Below are positions 13,115 through 26,788 of a stretch of DNA of 64,000 bases, piece after piece. The DNA comes from Octopus sinensis (lineage: Eukaryota): contig NC_043010.1 in assembly GCF_006345805.1 (NCBI RefSeq), positions 52,452,001 to 52,516,000 on the forward strand, read 5' to 3'. Every line of letters starts with the position of its first letter. Positions within the stretch are counted from its first letter, which is position 1. The notes under the pieces were generated by a model that saw nothing but the letters and a program-made list of their open reading frames with translations, ran no database searches and was not told where the DNA came from. A program made the position numbers and the translations under genes.

Positions 13115-13279
13115 TCGAAAAATACCTTAGGAATGAGAACCCAGGTTCGAAATTTACCCCAAGACACCTGAAGAAGGCTGGCGGGTATATCAGCCGGAAC
13201 GTTGTGTTAACAACAAACAAGATGAGGACAAAGATCGGTCGAATGTACATAATTCCTCATCTCTTAAATATAGAACTGT
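12981..13279 (+). mobile_element. tRNA-headed element with (AAT)n and hammerhead-like motif
   Basis: A box TGGTGTAGTGG and B box GTTCGATTCC, followed by CTGAAGA-stem-GGAAC. A second copy lies at about 48838-49096. Confidence 0.65.
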
Positions 13280-13887
13280 TTCAGAGATCTAGCAAATTCT
13301 TTGTTAACTTGGGTGGGGAGATTTTTTTTAAAGTTAACAAGTAATTTTTTTTAAGTCTCCCCACCCAAAGTTAACAAAAACTTACAAGATCTCTAAACTA
13401 AAGTGTAACATTTATGCTATTAAAAAATAAAAATAAATATTATATATATATTTTTTGTTGTGTCTGAGGAGAGTCATTCTCTTTTTGTGCATTATTATTT
13501 GACACACCCACGGGTTCAGTTTCCTCTCATTTAGTCGACTATTGAAAAGGTTACAAAAAGCAATGAAAATTTTAGCAAAAATAAAGAAATGACTGGAAAC
13601 TGAAACAATGAGTGGTGCTAAATAATAATTCACAAAAAGACAATGACTCTCCCCAGACACAACAAAATATGCTTCAACACTCGAACTCACATAAAGAATC
13701 TTGCATACCAAATACAAAAACGAAGATAATAGAAAAAACAGTCAACAACTGATGATGGGTCATTCTTTATGTTGTTTGTCTTGTTTTCCATTTGTGTCTT
13801 TTGTTGTTCAAAAAAATAGTTCATATTCCATGTACTCGTACTTCGTATTTTTTTGTACACGTTTCGTGACGTCCTGTGCCCACATAT

Positions 13888-13923
<36 letters not shown>

Positions 13924-14437
13924 TATATAATATATATATGTACATATACGTATGTATATATATATTATATATATAGAGTCTGATATTTCAATTACCTGAA
14001 GATTGACTGTAACCATAACTAGAATTATTACGAATTGGACAGCCATGAAACGATCGTAGTGTTTTACTCATTATCTTTTATTAAACTTTTAATACTTTTG
14101 ATATATATTTAAAATAATATTAATTAGTTAATTTTATGTATTGGCTTAAGTTTTTCATTCTTTGATTTGCCTAATAGTGGTTTTATCTCTAATTTAATAT
14201 AATATATATATATATATCAATCAATATAAGGGTAGCAAAAAATTCAATAGAAATTTTTTCGCCACCAGCGGTCTAGTGAGAAAGAAAAAATAGTCAACAG
14301 ACTATATAATGTACATTCAACAATAATATTAAGGAATGGCCTTAATAGGCCATTCAACTCACTAAAACGAGCAGCTAAACTCAAACCGCTAAATAGTAGT
14401 AATTCAGAAATCAAAGGAAAATTAAAAACATTTACCC

Positions 14438-14511
<74 letters not shown>

Positions 14512-14837
14512 CTATATATATATATATATATATATATGCATATATATACACGTTAATATAGAGCAGTGACAGTGAGTGCTCAACACTGCACTTGTGCGTT
14601 AACAAGAATACTAATGGTTTCATCTGAATAGATTCTTTACAATTGACCTGCCAACAATTCGGTATCAGACCAAGTTACTTGCTAGGCAAGTCACCGACTC
14701 AGATATTTCTCTTTTTTTTGTGTGTGTGTTTTTTAAACTTGTTTCTCATTTCTTTTGTAATTTTTCTTTGGTTTATTTTTTTTTTTTTATTTAGTTATCA
14801 ACATCAACTTTAAAAAAAAAAATGCTTTTAATTACAG

Positions 14838-15044
14838 GTGAAAGTATGGTTTCAGAACCGAAGAACCAAATCTAAGCGTGACAAATGCCGAGAAACTATG
14901 GATATGGCGAAAGATTTGTTTCCTGCCGATAATTTATTAAAATATTTACAACCGTCAAGTCAACCGCCATGTAACTGCTATGGTTTGCTATCTTATCAGC
15001 AATACACGCCGTTTTATTCCATCTCAGGCATGACTCAGCTTTAA
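14838..15044 (+). CDS. Vax: Vax terminal coding exon (helix 3 and C-terminus)
   Basis: Acceptor ttttaattacag|. It encodes VKVWFQNRRTKSKRD...ADNLLKYLQ...MTQL*, joins the previous exon in phase 0, and the intron sits at the typical ANTP/NKL position Q|VKVWFQN. Confidence 0.93.
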   Translation: MKVWFQNRRTKSKRDKCRETMDMAKDLFPADNLLKYLQPSSQPPCNCYGLLSYQQYTPFYSISGMTQL

Positions 15045-15452
15045 ATCAGGTCAAACATTAAGTACGATATAATATCGTTTGGTGATGGTGACAGCAGAGT
15101 TGCAAATATTTGTGAGGAAACGGGATTTTATCGGTTTCATAACAGATACAGCGTGAGAGTCTCTATGTGGTTACCGATCTTGTTAGGAATGACAGTCAAA
15201 TCTCCCTCAAATCACATCTTCCTCACTTAGAAAAAAACACACATTTGATTGATAATGTAATCCTGGATTTCCTTCACATAGGAAAAAAAGACAGATAAGA
15301 CGAGATGGTCACGGTTGAAATACATTTGATCGCAGGTCCTCTCAATCGGGATTGACCTGGGTCTAAACGATAACTTGACTGTATAAAATTTTTAGTGGTT
15401 TTATGAAATGGTTCAACCATTTCAAAATATCGAAATAGCTCATTTATAATGA

Positions 15453-15473
15453 AATAAAGTTTACATAAATAAA
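15453..15473 (+). terminator. Candidate Vax polyadenylation signals
   Basis: Two AATAAA hexamers about 410 nt after the stop, followed by T-rich sequence. Confidence 0.5.
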
Positions 15474-15543
15474 TTGCTTTAGTTTTCTTTTCTTTTGTTG
15501 GTAACTCAAAACGTAAAAACGGACGAAATGCCGCTAAGCATTT

Positions 15544-16193
15544 GAATCTTTACCTTTTGACCGACAGATTTAAAAAATAATTTTTTGTAACAAAACACTT
15601 TCAAACTTCGGACACTGGTAGAATGTGTCATATAAAACATCTTTTACTCTAAGCATTTTTGAGAAAAACTTATATGTACGAAGATATTTCACGTTAAAGT
15701 TCTCGTATTTCGGTAATTTCAACCAATCAATGACGTATATTCAGCTGAATAAAGTTACTGCCGTTGTTTGTCAACAACAACTATCTGCGGTGTATTTTCG
15801 TTTATCACTGTTATTTATGACATCGTTTGTGCGTTTGTACTGGTTTTAAGGTTAGGGTTTTAGGTTGAGGGCAAGAGTTTTAGGGTTAGGGCTAGAGTTT
15901 TAGGGTTAGGGTTGTCATAAATAACTGTGACAAACGAAATATACGGCGCTGGAAGTTCTTGTTGACAAACAACAGTAGTAATTTTATTCAGCTGAGTAAA
16001 CGTCATTGATTGGTTGAAATTACCGAAATACGAGAACTTTAACGTGAAATAACTTCGTAAATATAAGGTTTTCTCAAAAACGCTAAGAGTAAAAGATGTT
16101 TTATATGACAGATTCTACCAGTATACGAAGTTTGAAAGTGTTTAGTTACAAAAAATTATTTTTTTAAATCTGTAGGTCAAAAGGTAAAGATCT
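15544..16193. mobile_element. Long-TIR MITE with internal TTAGGG repeats
   Basis: Inverted arms of about 280 bp start G(A)ATCTTTACCTTTTGA. The centre has TTAGGG-like repeats. Related to 43119-44100 and 45064-45737. Confidence 0.85.
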
Positions 16194-16329
16194 GGAAGTT
16201 CTACTGCTATGTTTTGAGGGAGGACATTTGACGAAAGCGACTGGATCGTGGAAGGTGGATAATTGGGTTCTTCACGTCTACAATGACCCTATCACCGGGC
16301 CCTCTTGACTCATGAGTTTCTCGCTAAAA

Positions 16330-16633
16330 AAAAAACAACATGGCATCGCTTCCGCACCCACCCTTTTCACCAGCTTTAGTACTTGCGTCTCTTCCCCAAG
16401 AGGAAAATGCAGCTCAAAGGTCGCTATTGTAACACCGTTGTCGAGATCTAGCGCAAATTGCAAAAGGTACTCGACTTGCTTACGGAAAACAATTTCCAGG
16501 CCGGATTCCAAATGTGGCAGGAACGCTGGGGCCGTTGTATTGCTGCACAAGGTGACTATTTCGAAGGAGTTAGATAAATAAGTTATTTTTTATTAAACAT
16601 AACTAGTCCGGGAAACTTTTGATAATGCCTCGT
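16330..16633. mobile_element. Internally deleted mariner relic
   Basis: Encodes ERWGRCIAAQGDYFEG on the + strand, followed by TIR-like ACTAGTCCGGGAAACTTTTGATAATGCCTCG. Confidence 0.65.
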
Positions 16634-18249
16634 AAACCATACAGATCAGGAAGTATGAGAGGTGAATGTATATTTATTTAACTATGGTACAACCTTAGGA
16701 TTACAGCCGTTTCACAACTTTCTCCATGTAATAATAATTTCAATGTGGAAGAAATCATACTTACATGTTTGCATTAATATACATGCGACGCAGTATACAG
16801 TGCAATTGAATCTTCACAACTTCACAAATCAATGCAAATTAAGAAAGCTAGCTTATCATATCACTAGGAGTCACCCAAGCATACCATGGCACCGATAGCA
16901 TTCAAGAGAAAAGAAAAGGCTGTTACAGTTTGACACCATGACGTCGCAACTCGTTTCTACAGCTGAGTGAACTGGAGCAACATGAAATAAAGTGTATCGC
17001 TCAAGAACAAGAGCAAGAGCACAACACGCAGCTCGGTCCGGGAATCGAACGCACAAACTCATGATTGTGAGCTCGACGCTCTAACCACTGAGCTATGCGG
17101 CTTCACATGACATTATAAACATACCGAGTAATTACATATTCAAAACAAAAGACTGGAAAAATTTGGTATGGTATTATAAACATACCAAATTTTTCTACTC
17201 TTTTGTTTTGATATGTAATTACTCTACAAATAGAATTAAACAGAAATTCCAACTGCTACGTATTTCTCATTTAAAATAAAACATCTCTATACATACATAA
17301 GTGGAGGCGCGTGGCTTAGTGGTTAGGGTGTTGAACTCATGATCATAACGTTGTGGTTTCGATCCCTAGACAGGGCGATGCGTTGTGTTCTTAGGCAAAA
17401 CACTTCATTTCACGTTGCTCCAGTCCACTCAGCTGGCAAAAATGAGTAACGCTGCGATAGACTGGCGTCCCGTCCGGGTGGGGAATATGTACGCCACTGA
17501 AACCGGGAAACCGGCCCTTATAAGCCTGGCATGGCTCGAGAAGGAACATTAGTGGAGGCTCATAGCCTAGTGGTTAGAGCAGCGGACTAGCGGTCGAGGG
17601 ATCGCGGGTTCGAATTTCAGACCGGGTGATGTGTGTGTTCCACGCAGCTCCGGCAGAAGGTAATGGCGAAACTTCTGCTGACTCTTTCGCCACAACCTAC
17701 GACGGACCGCATAGGTTCCCCACCTGGGGAACCTATGCGCCAAGGAAACCGGGAAACCGGCTCTAATGAGCCAGGTGTGGCTCCAGAGGGAACAAACAAC
17801 AACAACAATACATACATACGATTGCTGAAACACACATTTAGAACCCTTAATCTATGCCAAGAGATTTATAGCAACTAAGACGAAGTTGAGACAGGGACTA
17901 ACTGCCATTGGTAACTGTGGGTTGGCAGGGGATTTTAAGGTGTGGTGTTACCATTCTTGCCTTGCTGGTGGATGAAATGCTATTAGCACAAGCGAAGAGG
18001 AAAGGTGGCGCGCAGGCAGAATCATTAAGCATACCGGGCATTTAACTTGTGTTCCAAGTTCAAATCCCGCCGAGATTGACTTTGCTCTTCAATTTACGGG
18101 GTCGATAAAATAAGTATCAGTTGAGCACTGGGGTCAATATAATCGACCAACACCCCTCTCCCGCAATTGCTGAGCTTGTACCAATGAAACCAATTTATGT
18201 GAACAGAGTAGCACTGCCGCATATAGGGGAGTATAAGGTAGCCTAAGGT

Positions 18250-18620
18250 TTCTGTCTTCTGATGTCAATGAATTTCGTTTTTCGTGCAGCCGAAACAAGA
18301 GTTTTGTCAGAAAGAAAATGGAACGTGTGAAAAAAACAAAAAAAAAACCCCTACTGACACGAGGTTCTGTACTGAAAGAAGTTTCAAGAGCACTGGGGTG
18401 CAATGAAGCGTGTAGTAAGTCGCTTGGTTTGAAATGCGAGCTATATGGAGAGTTACTTGGTAAGATTTTGAGCCTCAAGGCAAATGAATTCCTGATCATA
18501 AGCTCAACTCCGTAAAATAGTTTCCCAGCCTTTGGTATGCCATACAGGTTGAGAGGGCAGCGGCTGTCATGATACACACAGCGTTCCTCTTGCAGCGATT
18601 TACGCTAAGAGCAAAGATGC
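18250..18620 (-). mobile_element. CR1/L2-like LINE fragment
   Basis: Degenerate RT C-terminal-like peptide (...ELMIRNSFALRLKILPSNSPYSS...TKLLFRLHE). Confidence 0.45.
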
Positions 18621-18774
18621 AATTATTCAGTGCTGATATATGCATTTAATTCGTCTTTAGTCAAAAGACACCTGTTGTTTGTATTTGTAATTGTGTACCA
18701 TTTCTCCGGTTTTTTTCGTCCTTGTTTTCGTATACATTCGCTTGCTCTCTTCCAAGGAATCTATGTATGTAATA

Positions 18775-18845
<71 letters not shown>

Positions 18846-19165
18846 ATAAAAAAAATGGAGTTAACGCAGGTGTAATCAAACTCCATTTTTTTATTCATAT
18901 TATTCAAAATATTCAACGTAAACACGAAGTTTCTACCTTTATAAACAAGGAGTTACAACACCTTTACTTGTGAGACTTTTGCTGCCCTGGTAACTATTTT
19001 TTTTTTCCGTGTTAATTGTTAACAAGGTAAACATACACTCATCTATATATATATATATATATATATTTAGAATCCAAACAAGAAAACACAGAAAAAAAGA
19101 GAAAAAAAACAGCCCCGCAGGACGTGGAACAATTAAAGTATTATTTGACGCGCAGGAAAGAAGGG

Positions 19166-19216
<51 letters not shown>

Positions 19217-19217
<1 letters not shown>

Positions 19218-19745
19218 GAACCGAATCCAAACACACACCATCATTAAAAGTAAACGGCAACCAAAATCCTTAAAAAAGGTTTTAAACCAAGCTAAACTGC
19301 ACTCAACAACAACCACAAAATCAGCAGTTAGAAAATGTGGAAAGCCAAACTGCGGAATCTGTGTAATCTAAGTAGAAGGTTCAGAATTCACATTAGAACA
19401 TGGCCATCAGTTTACCATCAGAACAAACTTCACCTGTGTGCATCAGAAAACTTAATTTACGTGTTAACATGCGCAGGGTGCAATAGGCAGTATATAGACC
19501 ATACAAAAAACAGCCTACGAAAAAGGACGGCAGTTCATAAATCCCAAATTAGGAATCCTGAATACAGGAAAATACCAGTCGGCGGACACATAGATAGATG
19601 TGCTTCAAATAAAAATCCCAAATTCACAACTTTCACACTTTACAAATTCAGTGACAACATAACCTTCACTCAATGTCAAAATAAAGAACTTTATTTTATT
19701 AGAAAATTCGAACCAAGTTTGAACACCCTGGGCCAGGTACATTAA
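19217..19745 (+). mobile_element. Penelope-like GIY-YIG endonuclease remnant
   Basis: Peptides KCGKPNCGIC and CASENLIYVLTCAGCNRQYIDHTKNSLRKR...ELYFIRKFEPSLN, with frameshifts. Confidence 0.85.
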
Positions 19746-20609
19746 AACAATATATTAGTCTTCCGAAAAAAAAAAAATAGAATCCTACCACTACCACCAC
19801 GATCACTACTACTGCTGCTACTATTACTACTACTACTACTACAACCACCATGGTCACTTCTCTTACTACTACGATTCTTCCCCTGCTGCCGCTGCTACTA
19901 CTGCAGCCAATTAACTGCCACCACAACTCCATCCACGGCTGCTGCTACTACTACTACAGCCAATGAGCTGCTCCAACTCCAACCACCACCACCACCACCC
20001 GGTTACTGCTACTACGACCAACAATCACTGCTGCTACTGTCCTTTCGGCCACTGGTCAGTTGTTTATTTTATTCAAAACACATTAAAATTTAAATTTATC
20101 TTATATAGTGGCGTTTTCAAACTTCTTTTTTTATAAATATATATATATATACTTGTATATAGTGAGATAGATAGACAGACAGACAGACAGACACGCCTCT
20201 ATATATACACACACACCTTCAAGCACATGCATACATGCATTCATACATTCATACATACAAAGACACGCACTCCCACGCAGACACACACATAGACAATCTA
20301 TACAATTGACAGTAGTTATTTAGAGCATGATAATAGTATTCGACTAATACAAAACATCCCAACGAGATGCTGGGCGCTTTTATCTTTTATTCTCCTAAAT
20401 ACAATCGGCTTTTTTTTTAACAAAGACACACACACGCACGCACATACCAATGTGTTTTCATAGAAACATACATAAACTATATTTATCAATAATCATCCTT
20501 GTATTTCGGGATGGTAATTTTAGTTTATTTAACATATTATAATGCAATATCATATAATGTAAAATGACATCATATGTGTGTGTGTGTGTGTGTGCTTGTG
20601 TATGAGGAA

Positions 20610-20640
<31 letters not shown>

Positions 20641-20717
20641 TGTATGAGGAAGTGTGTAGTGTGCACGTGTGTACCGACCGGGTCATGTGTATAGATGTAC
20701 TTTTAGATACACGCCGC

Positions 20718-20842
20718 TGTATTACTTACTCTATGAACGTTCAGTTGTGAATGTTTTATATCGTTTCGCCTAGCTCTACCCTGAATCGACGAAAAAGCTA
20801 TTGCAGACAAAACCTTAAACCTAGCTGACAGTATTTAAATAA
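20718..20842 (+). other. Putative non-coding 5' exon A1
   Basis: Homologous to 32601-32721. It ends in AA|GTAAGT, has Inr-like TCAGTT at 20741, and has stops in all three frames before the donor. Confidence 0.55.
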
Positions 20843-20904
20843 GTAAGTATTCATATTGCTACTATTCTCTTACTAAAAATACGAAGTTAAGACTGTCTCG
20901 CTGT

Positions 20905-21064
20905 ATTATATATATATATATATTTCAAATATTTCAAATATGTATTATATATTACATATATATTATATACATATACATATATATATATAATACATATAAT
21001 ATATATATATATATACCTATATATATATATATTATATATATAATATATATATATTATAATATAT

Positions 21065-21096
<32 letters not shown>

Positions 21097-21521
21097 GCAT
21101 AATATATATATATATACATATATCTATATACATATATATATATACATATATATTATATACATATATATAACATATATATATAATATACATATATATAACA
21201 TATATATATACATACATATATATATATACCATATATATATATATATATGTATATATAATATATATATATAATTATATATATTATATGTATGTATGTATGT
21301 ATATGTATGATGTATATACTCTCTTTTACTTGTTTCAGTCATTTGACTGCGGCCATGCTGGAGCACCGCCTTTTAGTCAAGCAAAATCGACCCCGGGACT
21401 TATTCTTTGTAAGCCCAGTACTTATTCTATCGGTCTCTTTTGCCGAACCGCTAGATGACGGAGACGTAAACACACCAGGGGGACAACACAGACATACACA
21501 CACACCACCACACACACACAC

Positions 21522-21553
<32 letters not shown>

Positions 21554-21559
21554 ATATAT

Positions 21560-21606
<47 letters not shown>

Positions 21607-21857
21607 CTTTTATTCTTTTACTTGTTTCAGTCATTTGACTGCGACCATGCCGGAGCACTGCTTTTAGTTGAGCAAATCGACCCCAGGACTTATTCTTTGC
21701 AAGCTTGGTACTTATTTTAACGGTCTATTTTGCTGAACTGCTAAGTTACGGGAATGTAACACACGAGCATCGGTTGTCAAGCGATGTTGGAGAGACAAAC
21801 ACAGACACAGAAATATATACACACACGATCATATATATGTGTGTGTATATGTATATA

Positions 21858-21903
<46 letters not shown>

Positions 21904-22052
21904 TATTATACATATACACACCATATATATGTATGTATGTATATATATATATATATATATGTATGTATTATATATATATAATGATTGTATGTATATATAT
22001 ATATATAGTATGTATGTATATATATATATATCTATATATATATGTATGTATG

Positions 22053-22089
<37 letters not shown>

Positions 22090-22222
22090 GTATGTATATA
22101 TATATGTATGTATATATATATATATGTATGTATTAATATATATGTATGTATATATATATATATATGTATGTATGTATATATATATATGTATGTATGTATA
22201 TATATATATATATGTATGTATG

Positions 22223-22253
<31 letters not shown>

Positions 22254-22270
22254 ATATATATGTATGTATG

Positions 22271-22331
<61 letters not shown>

Positions 22332-22348
22332 ATATATATGTATGTATG

Positions 22349-22381
<33 letters not shown>

Positions 22382-22610
22382 ATATATATATATAATATAT
22401 TTATGTATATATATATATATATATATATTATGTATGTATGTATTATATATATATATATATATGTATGTATATATATATATATATATATGTAGTATATATA
22501 TATATATATATATTATGTATGTATGTATATATATATATATATATAATGTATGTATGTATATATATATATATATTATGTTATGTATGTATATATATATATA
22601 TATATGTATG

Positions 22611-22645
<35 letters not shown>

Positions 22646-22730
22646 ATATATATATATATATATATGTATCTATGTATATATATATATATATATACATATA
22701 TATGTATGTATATATATTATAGATAGTATG

Positions 22731-22761
<31 letters not shown>

Positions 22762-23074
22762 ATATATATATGTATGTATATATATATATATGTATGTATA
22801 TATATATATATGTATGTATGTTATATATATATATTGTATATGTATGTATGTATGTATGTAGATATATATATATATATGTATGTAGTATGTATTGTACATA
22901 TATATATAATATATATATATATATATCTATATATATATTAAACTTAATGTTGAAGTGAATCGAACAGCTTTTGTGTGTTTCTTAAATGGCTTACAAACAC
23001 CTTCCACGCTGCAATTGTTTTCGTTTCAGTACACGGTCTCAGATCAAATCACTTGCTATGCAAGTACATCTCCG

Positions 23075-23151
<77 letters not shown>

Positions 23152-23165
23152 TTATATGTATATAC
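20905..23165. repeat. Extensive (TA)n/(TATG)n microsatellite field with SINE fragments
   Basis: Direct reading. Confidence 0.95.
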
Positions 23166-23765
23166 ACGACGGGCTTCTTTCAGTTTCTGTCTACCCCGAA
23201 TCCACTCATAATGCTTTGGTCGGCCCGAGGCTATAGCAGAAGGCACTTACCACTTGCCCAAGGTGCCACACTGTGGGACTGAACCCAGAACCATGTGGTT
23301 GATAAGCAAGCTAATAACTACATAACTACACAGCCACCCCTGCGCCTACACACACACACACACACACACACACATTTAATTGCCAATCAAAGTGTGGTGC
23401 CCTAAACCGGACAGTGCCACTGACGTTAATAGCCCCAGGAAGTTTCCGTTTTGCTACTGTTCATATTTCGCTCAGAAATTTAATATATCCTATAGTAGCT
23501 TCTAAGCTGAAGTGAAGACAGCATGATCTTTGTCTATCTCCTTACCTTCTTGGAGGTTTTAAGGTAAAATTATACTAATGTGTTGATTTAAGTTGAGGTA
23601 ATGGTTGCATTGTTCAATTAAATGGAGTCGCTTGAAACGATCGTACTGCATTACCTCTGGATATCCTATTGCTTATTTTGATTTTAATCACCTTACTTTG
23701 AAACTGTTTAGATAATACCATACTACATTCTATTGCCTCACCTTACGTACCTAATTCATCAGAAT

Positions 23766-23820
<55 letters not shown>

Positions 23821-24459
23821 CATATGAATATATATATATATATACATATGAATATATATATATATATATACATAAGAGAACAAGGTGTATGTTACGCCGC
23901 AATAATATATGTATAAAAAATATATATAAAAATACATATATATATATATATGCAATGTGGGGGATGTTGTGTGAAGGCACCTGCCTTAGTGGTTAGGGCA
24001 TTCGGCTCACGATTGAAATGTCGTGTGTTCAATTCTCAATGATGCATTGTATCCTTGTGCAAGACACTTTATTTCACGTTGCTCCAGTCCACTCAGCTGG
24101 CAAAAATGAGTGGTACCTATGTTTCAAAGGGCCAGCCTTATCACGCTCTGTGTCACACCGAATCTTCCTGAAAACTAGGTTATGGGTACACATGTCTGTG
24201 GAGTGCTCAGCCACGTTAATTTCACGAGCAAGCTGTTCCGTTGATTGAATCAGCTGGGACCCTAATCGTCGTAACCAACAGAGTGCTCCTATATATATTG
24301 TTGTATTTCAGGACGGTCATTTTTTTTTTGCCAAATATACACACACACTATATATTCGTTCCTTTGTTACTCACCTGTGACCTGTTCAGTGACACTTCCC
24401 GTCTTTGTGTGTGCTTTTGCTCTGCTTATTCCATTCCGTTCTTCCAGAACAGAATTGAA

Positions 24460-24877
24460 TAACAGAATGGTGGCCGATGCCAGCGCCGCCTCGACTGGCT
24501 TCCATGCCGGTGGCACGTAAAAAGCGCTATTCGAATTATGGCCGATGCCAGCGCCGCCTTGACTGGCTTCCGTGCCGGTGGCACGTAAAAAGCACCATCC
24601 GAATCGTGGCTGATGCCAGTGCTGCCTCGACTGGCTTCCGTGCCGGTGGCATGTAAAATGCACCAATCCGATCGTGGCCATTGCCAGCCTTGCTTGGCAC
24701 CTGTGCAGGTGGCATGTAAAAAGCACCCACTACACCCACGGAGTGGTTGGCATTAGGAAGGGCATCCAGCTGTAGAAACACTGCCAGATCAGACTGGAGC
24801 CTGGTGCAGCCTTCTGGCTTCCCAGATCCCCGGTCGAGCTGTCCAACCCATGCTAGCATGGAGAATGGACGTTAAAC

Positions 24878-24880
<3 letters not shown>
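24460..24880 (+). mobile_element. SINE-like element with internal ~60-bp tandem units
   Basis: GGTTGGCATTAGGAAGGGCATCCAGCTGTAGAAA motif with a (GAT)n tail. Opposite-orientation copies lie at about 28505-28880, 31490-31960, 35100-35530 and 36720-37020. Confidence 0.75.
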
Positions 24881-24910
<30 letters not shown>

Positions 24911-25512
24911 TGGACTAAGCAGAGCAAGAGCACACACAAAGACGGAAAGTGTCGCAAAGGAGGTCACAGATGTGTGACGAAAGATTTCTGGACAATGGAC
25001 ATGTGTTAGAATAAGAACAGTAATAAATGAATGAAGAATGAATATATCATGTGTGTGCTTATTTGGCACACATACACAAAAAAAGGAATGACCATTTCAA
25101 AATACAACAATATCTGTTTCAACACATGACTTAACATCAGGAATCTTGCAACACAAATTCCCACACACACACATATATACCAGAGTAAACATATAAATGC
25201 GAAACAAGGTGGGAAAACATAGTACTTGAATACCGAATGTAGAGTAATAAGCATTATTACTAAAGCTGCAAAGGCAGCAAGCTGACAGACCCGTTAAAAC
25301 GCTGGACAAAATGTTTAGCGGTATTTCGCCTGTCGCTACGTCCTGAGTTCAAGTTACGCCGAGGTCGACTTTACCTTTCATCATTTCTGGGTCGATAAAT
25401 TAAGTACCAGTTGCATATTAGTGTTGATCTAATCAACTGGCCTCCTCCCGAAAAATTTCAGACTTTGTGCTTTCAGTAGAAATGGTTATTATAACTGCAA
25501 AATCATCACAGA

Positions 25513-26021
25513 AATGTGAGGTATACTTGCCATCTCAATATGGCTAACCACTAAGGGTGGGTGTTACTGTAGCTTGTAGCCCCAGGAGAACATCGTCTCC
25601 AGCTGGCTTTAGGCATACTTTCTGTGCCCTTATGGTACTTGCAAGACCTCTCTTTGCAAATACCATAAGGGCACAGAAAGTGTGCCTAAAGCCAGCTGGA
25701 GACGATGTTCTCCTGGGGCTACAAGCTACAGTAACACCCACCCTTAGTGGTTAGCCATATTGAGATGGGCAAAAGGTGGCAAGCTGGCAGACTCGCTAGC
25801 ACGCCGGGCGAAATGCGTAGCCGTATTTCGTCTGCTGTTACATTCTGAGTTCAAATTCCGCCGAGGTCGACTTTGCCTTTCATCTTTTCGGGGTCGATAA
25901 ATTAAGTACCAGTTACGCCCTGGGGTCGATGTAATCGACATAATCCGTTTGTCCCCTCTGTGTTTAGCCCCTTGTGGGCAGTAGTGAAATACATATTGAG
26001 ATGGCAAGTATACCTCACATT
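25513..26021. repeat. Near-perfect fold-back palindrome with a SINE inserted in the right arm
   Basis: Arms of about 130 bp around the centre near 25650. The SINE at about 25773-25991 is flanked by the duplication CATATTGAGATGG(G)CAA. Confidence 0.9.
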
Positions 26022-26404
26022 GACGTGCAGTTACTGTTTATACCTCGTTCAGAGATTTATTATTGATTCCATCACAGAAATACCACAAAGAAAAAAAAAA
26101 CTGCTACTCAGTTTTATGTTCCCATTTGTCCGATAGTTGTGATTCAGAATATATAATATTTAAAATAACGGTTAACAGCATACAGTAACAGATCATAAAT
26201 AAAACGTGGATCTTGTTTTGTGGAAATATCCATGTCATTTTTGAATTAGGAAAATTCAGGACTAGGCACAAGTATACCCGTGTTGTTAAAAAGCAAACAG
26301 GTATTTTTGCGTTCAGTTCCACAGCACAGCACGTTAGGAAAGTGCCTTCTACATTAGCTCCGGATCAACTTGTGCAAAGGTGCTATATAATGTACATACA
26401 TACT

Positions 26405-26436
<32 letters not shown>

Positions 26437-26752
26437 CATAAATTTAAATAACAAGGTTAAAAAATTTAATATTAATTTGATAAATATCAATTTAAGCCAG
26501 TGGCCTAGCATATTGAAAAAAATCTGAAGACTCAGAAAAATTATATTACATACATATAAGAGGGAAGACCACTAAGTGGACATCCAATATGCTAGATGTA
26601 GACCCAATATGGTCTGACCACTAAGAAAAGACTGTTCAGAAAAAAATTCTCAAGAAAATCCAATTTTTTCTTAGTGGTCAGACCATATGGGGCCTACACC
26701 TAGCATATTGAATGTCCACTTAGTGGTCATCCCTCTTATATGTATGTGTATG

Positions 26753-26788
<36 letters not shown>

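Noticed and set aside
15848-15913. Telomere or fusion site
   Set aside because: Short degenerate TTAGGG run inside a MITE spacer.
25544-25754. Near-identical 65-aa ORFs on both strands
   Set aside because: Artefact of the palindrome.
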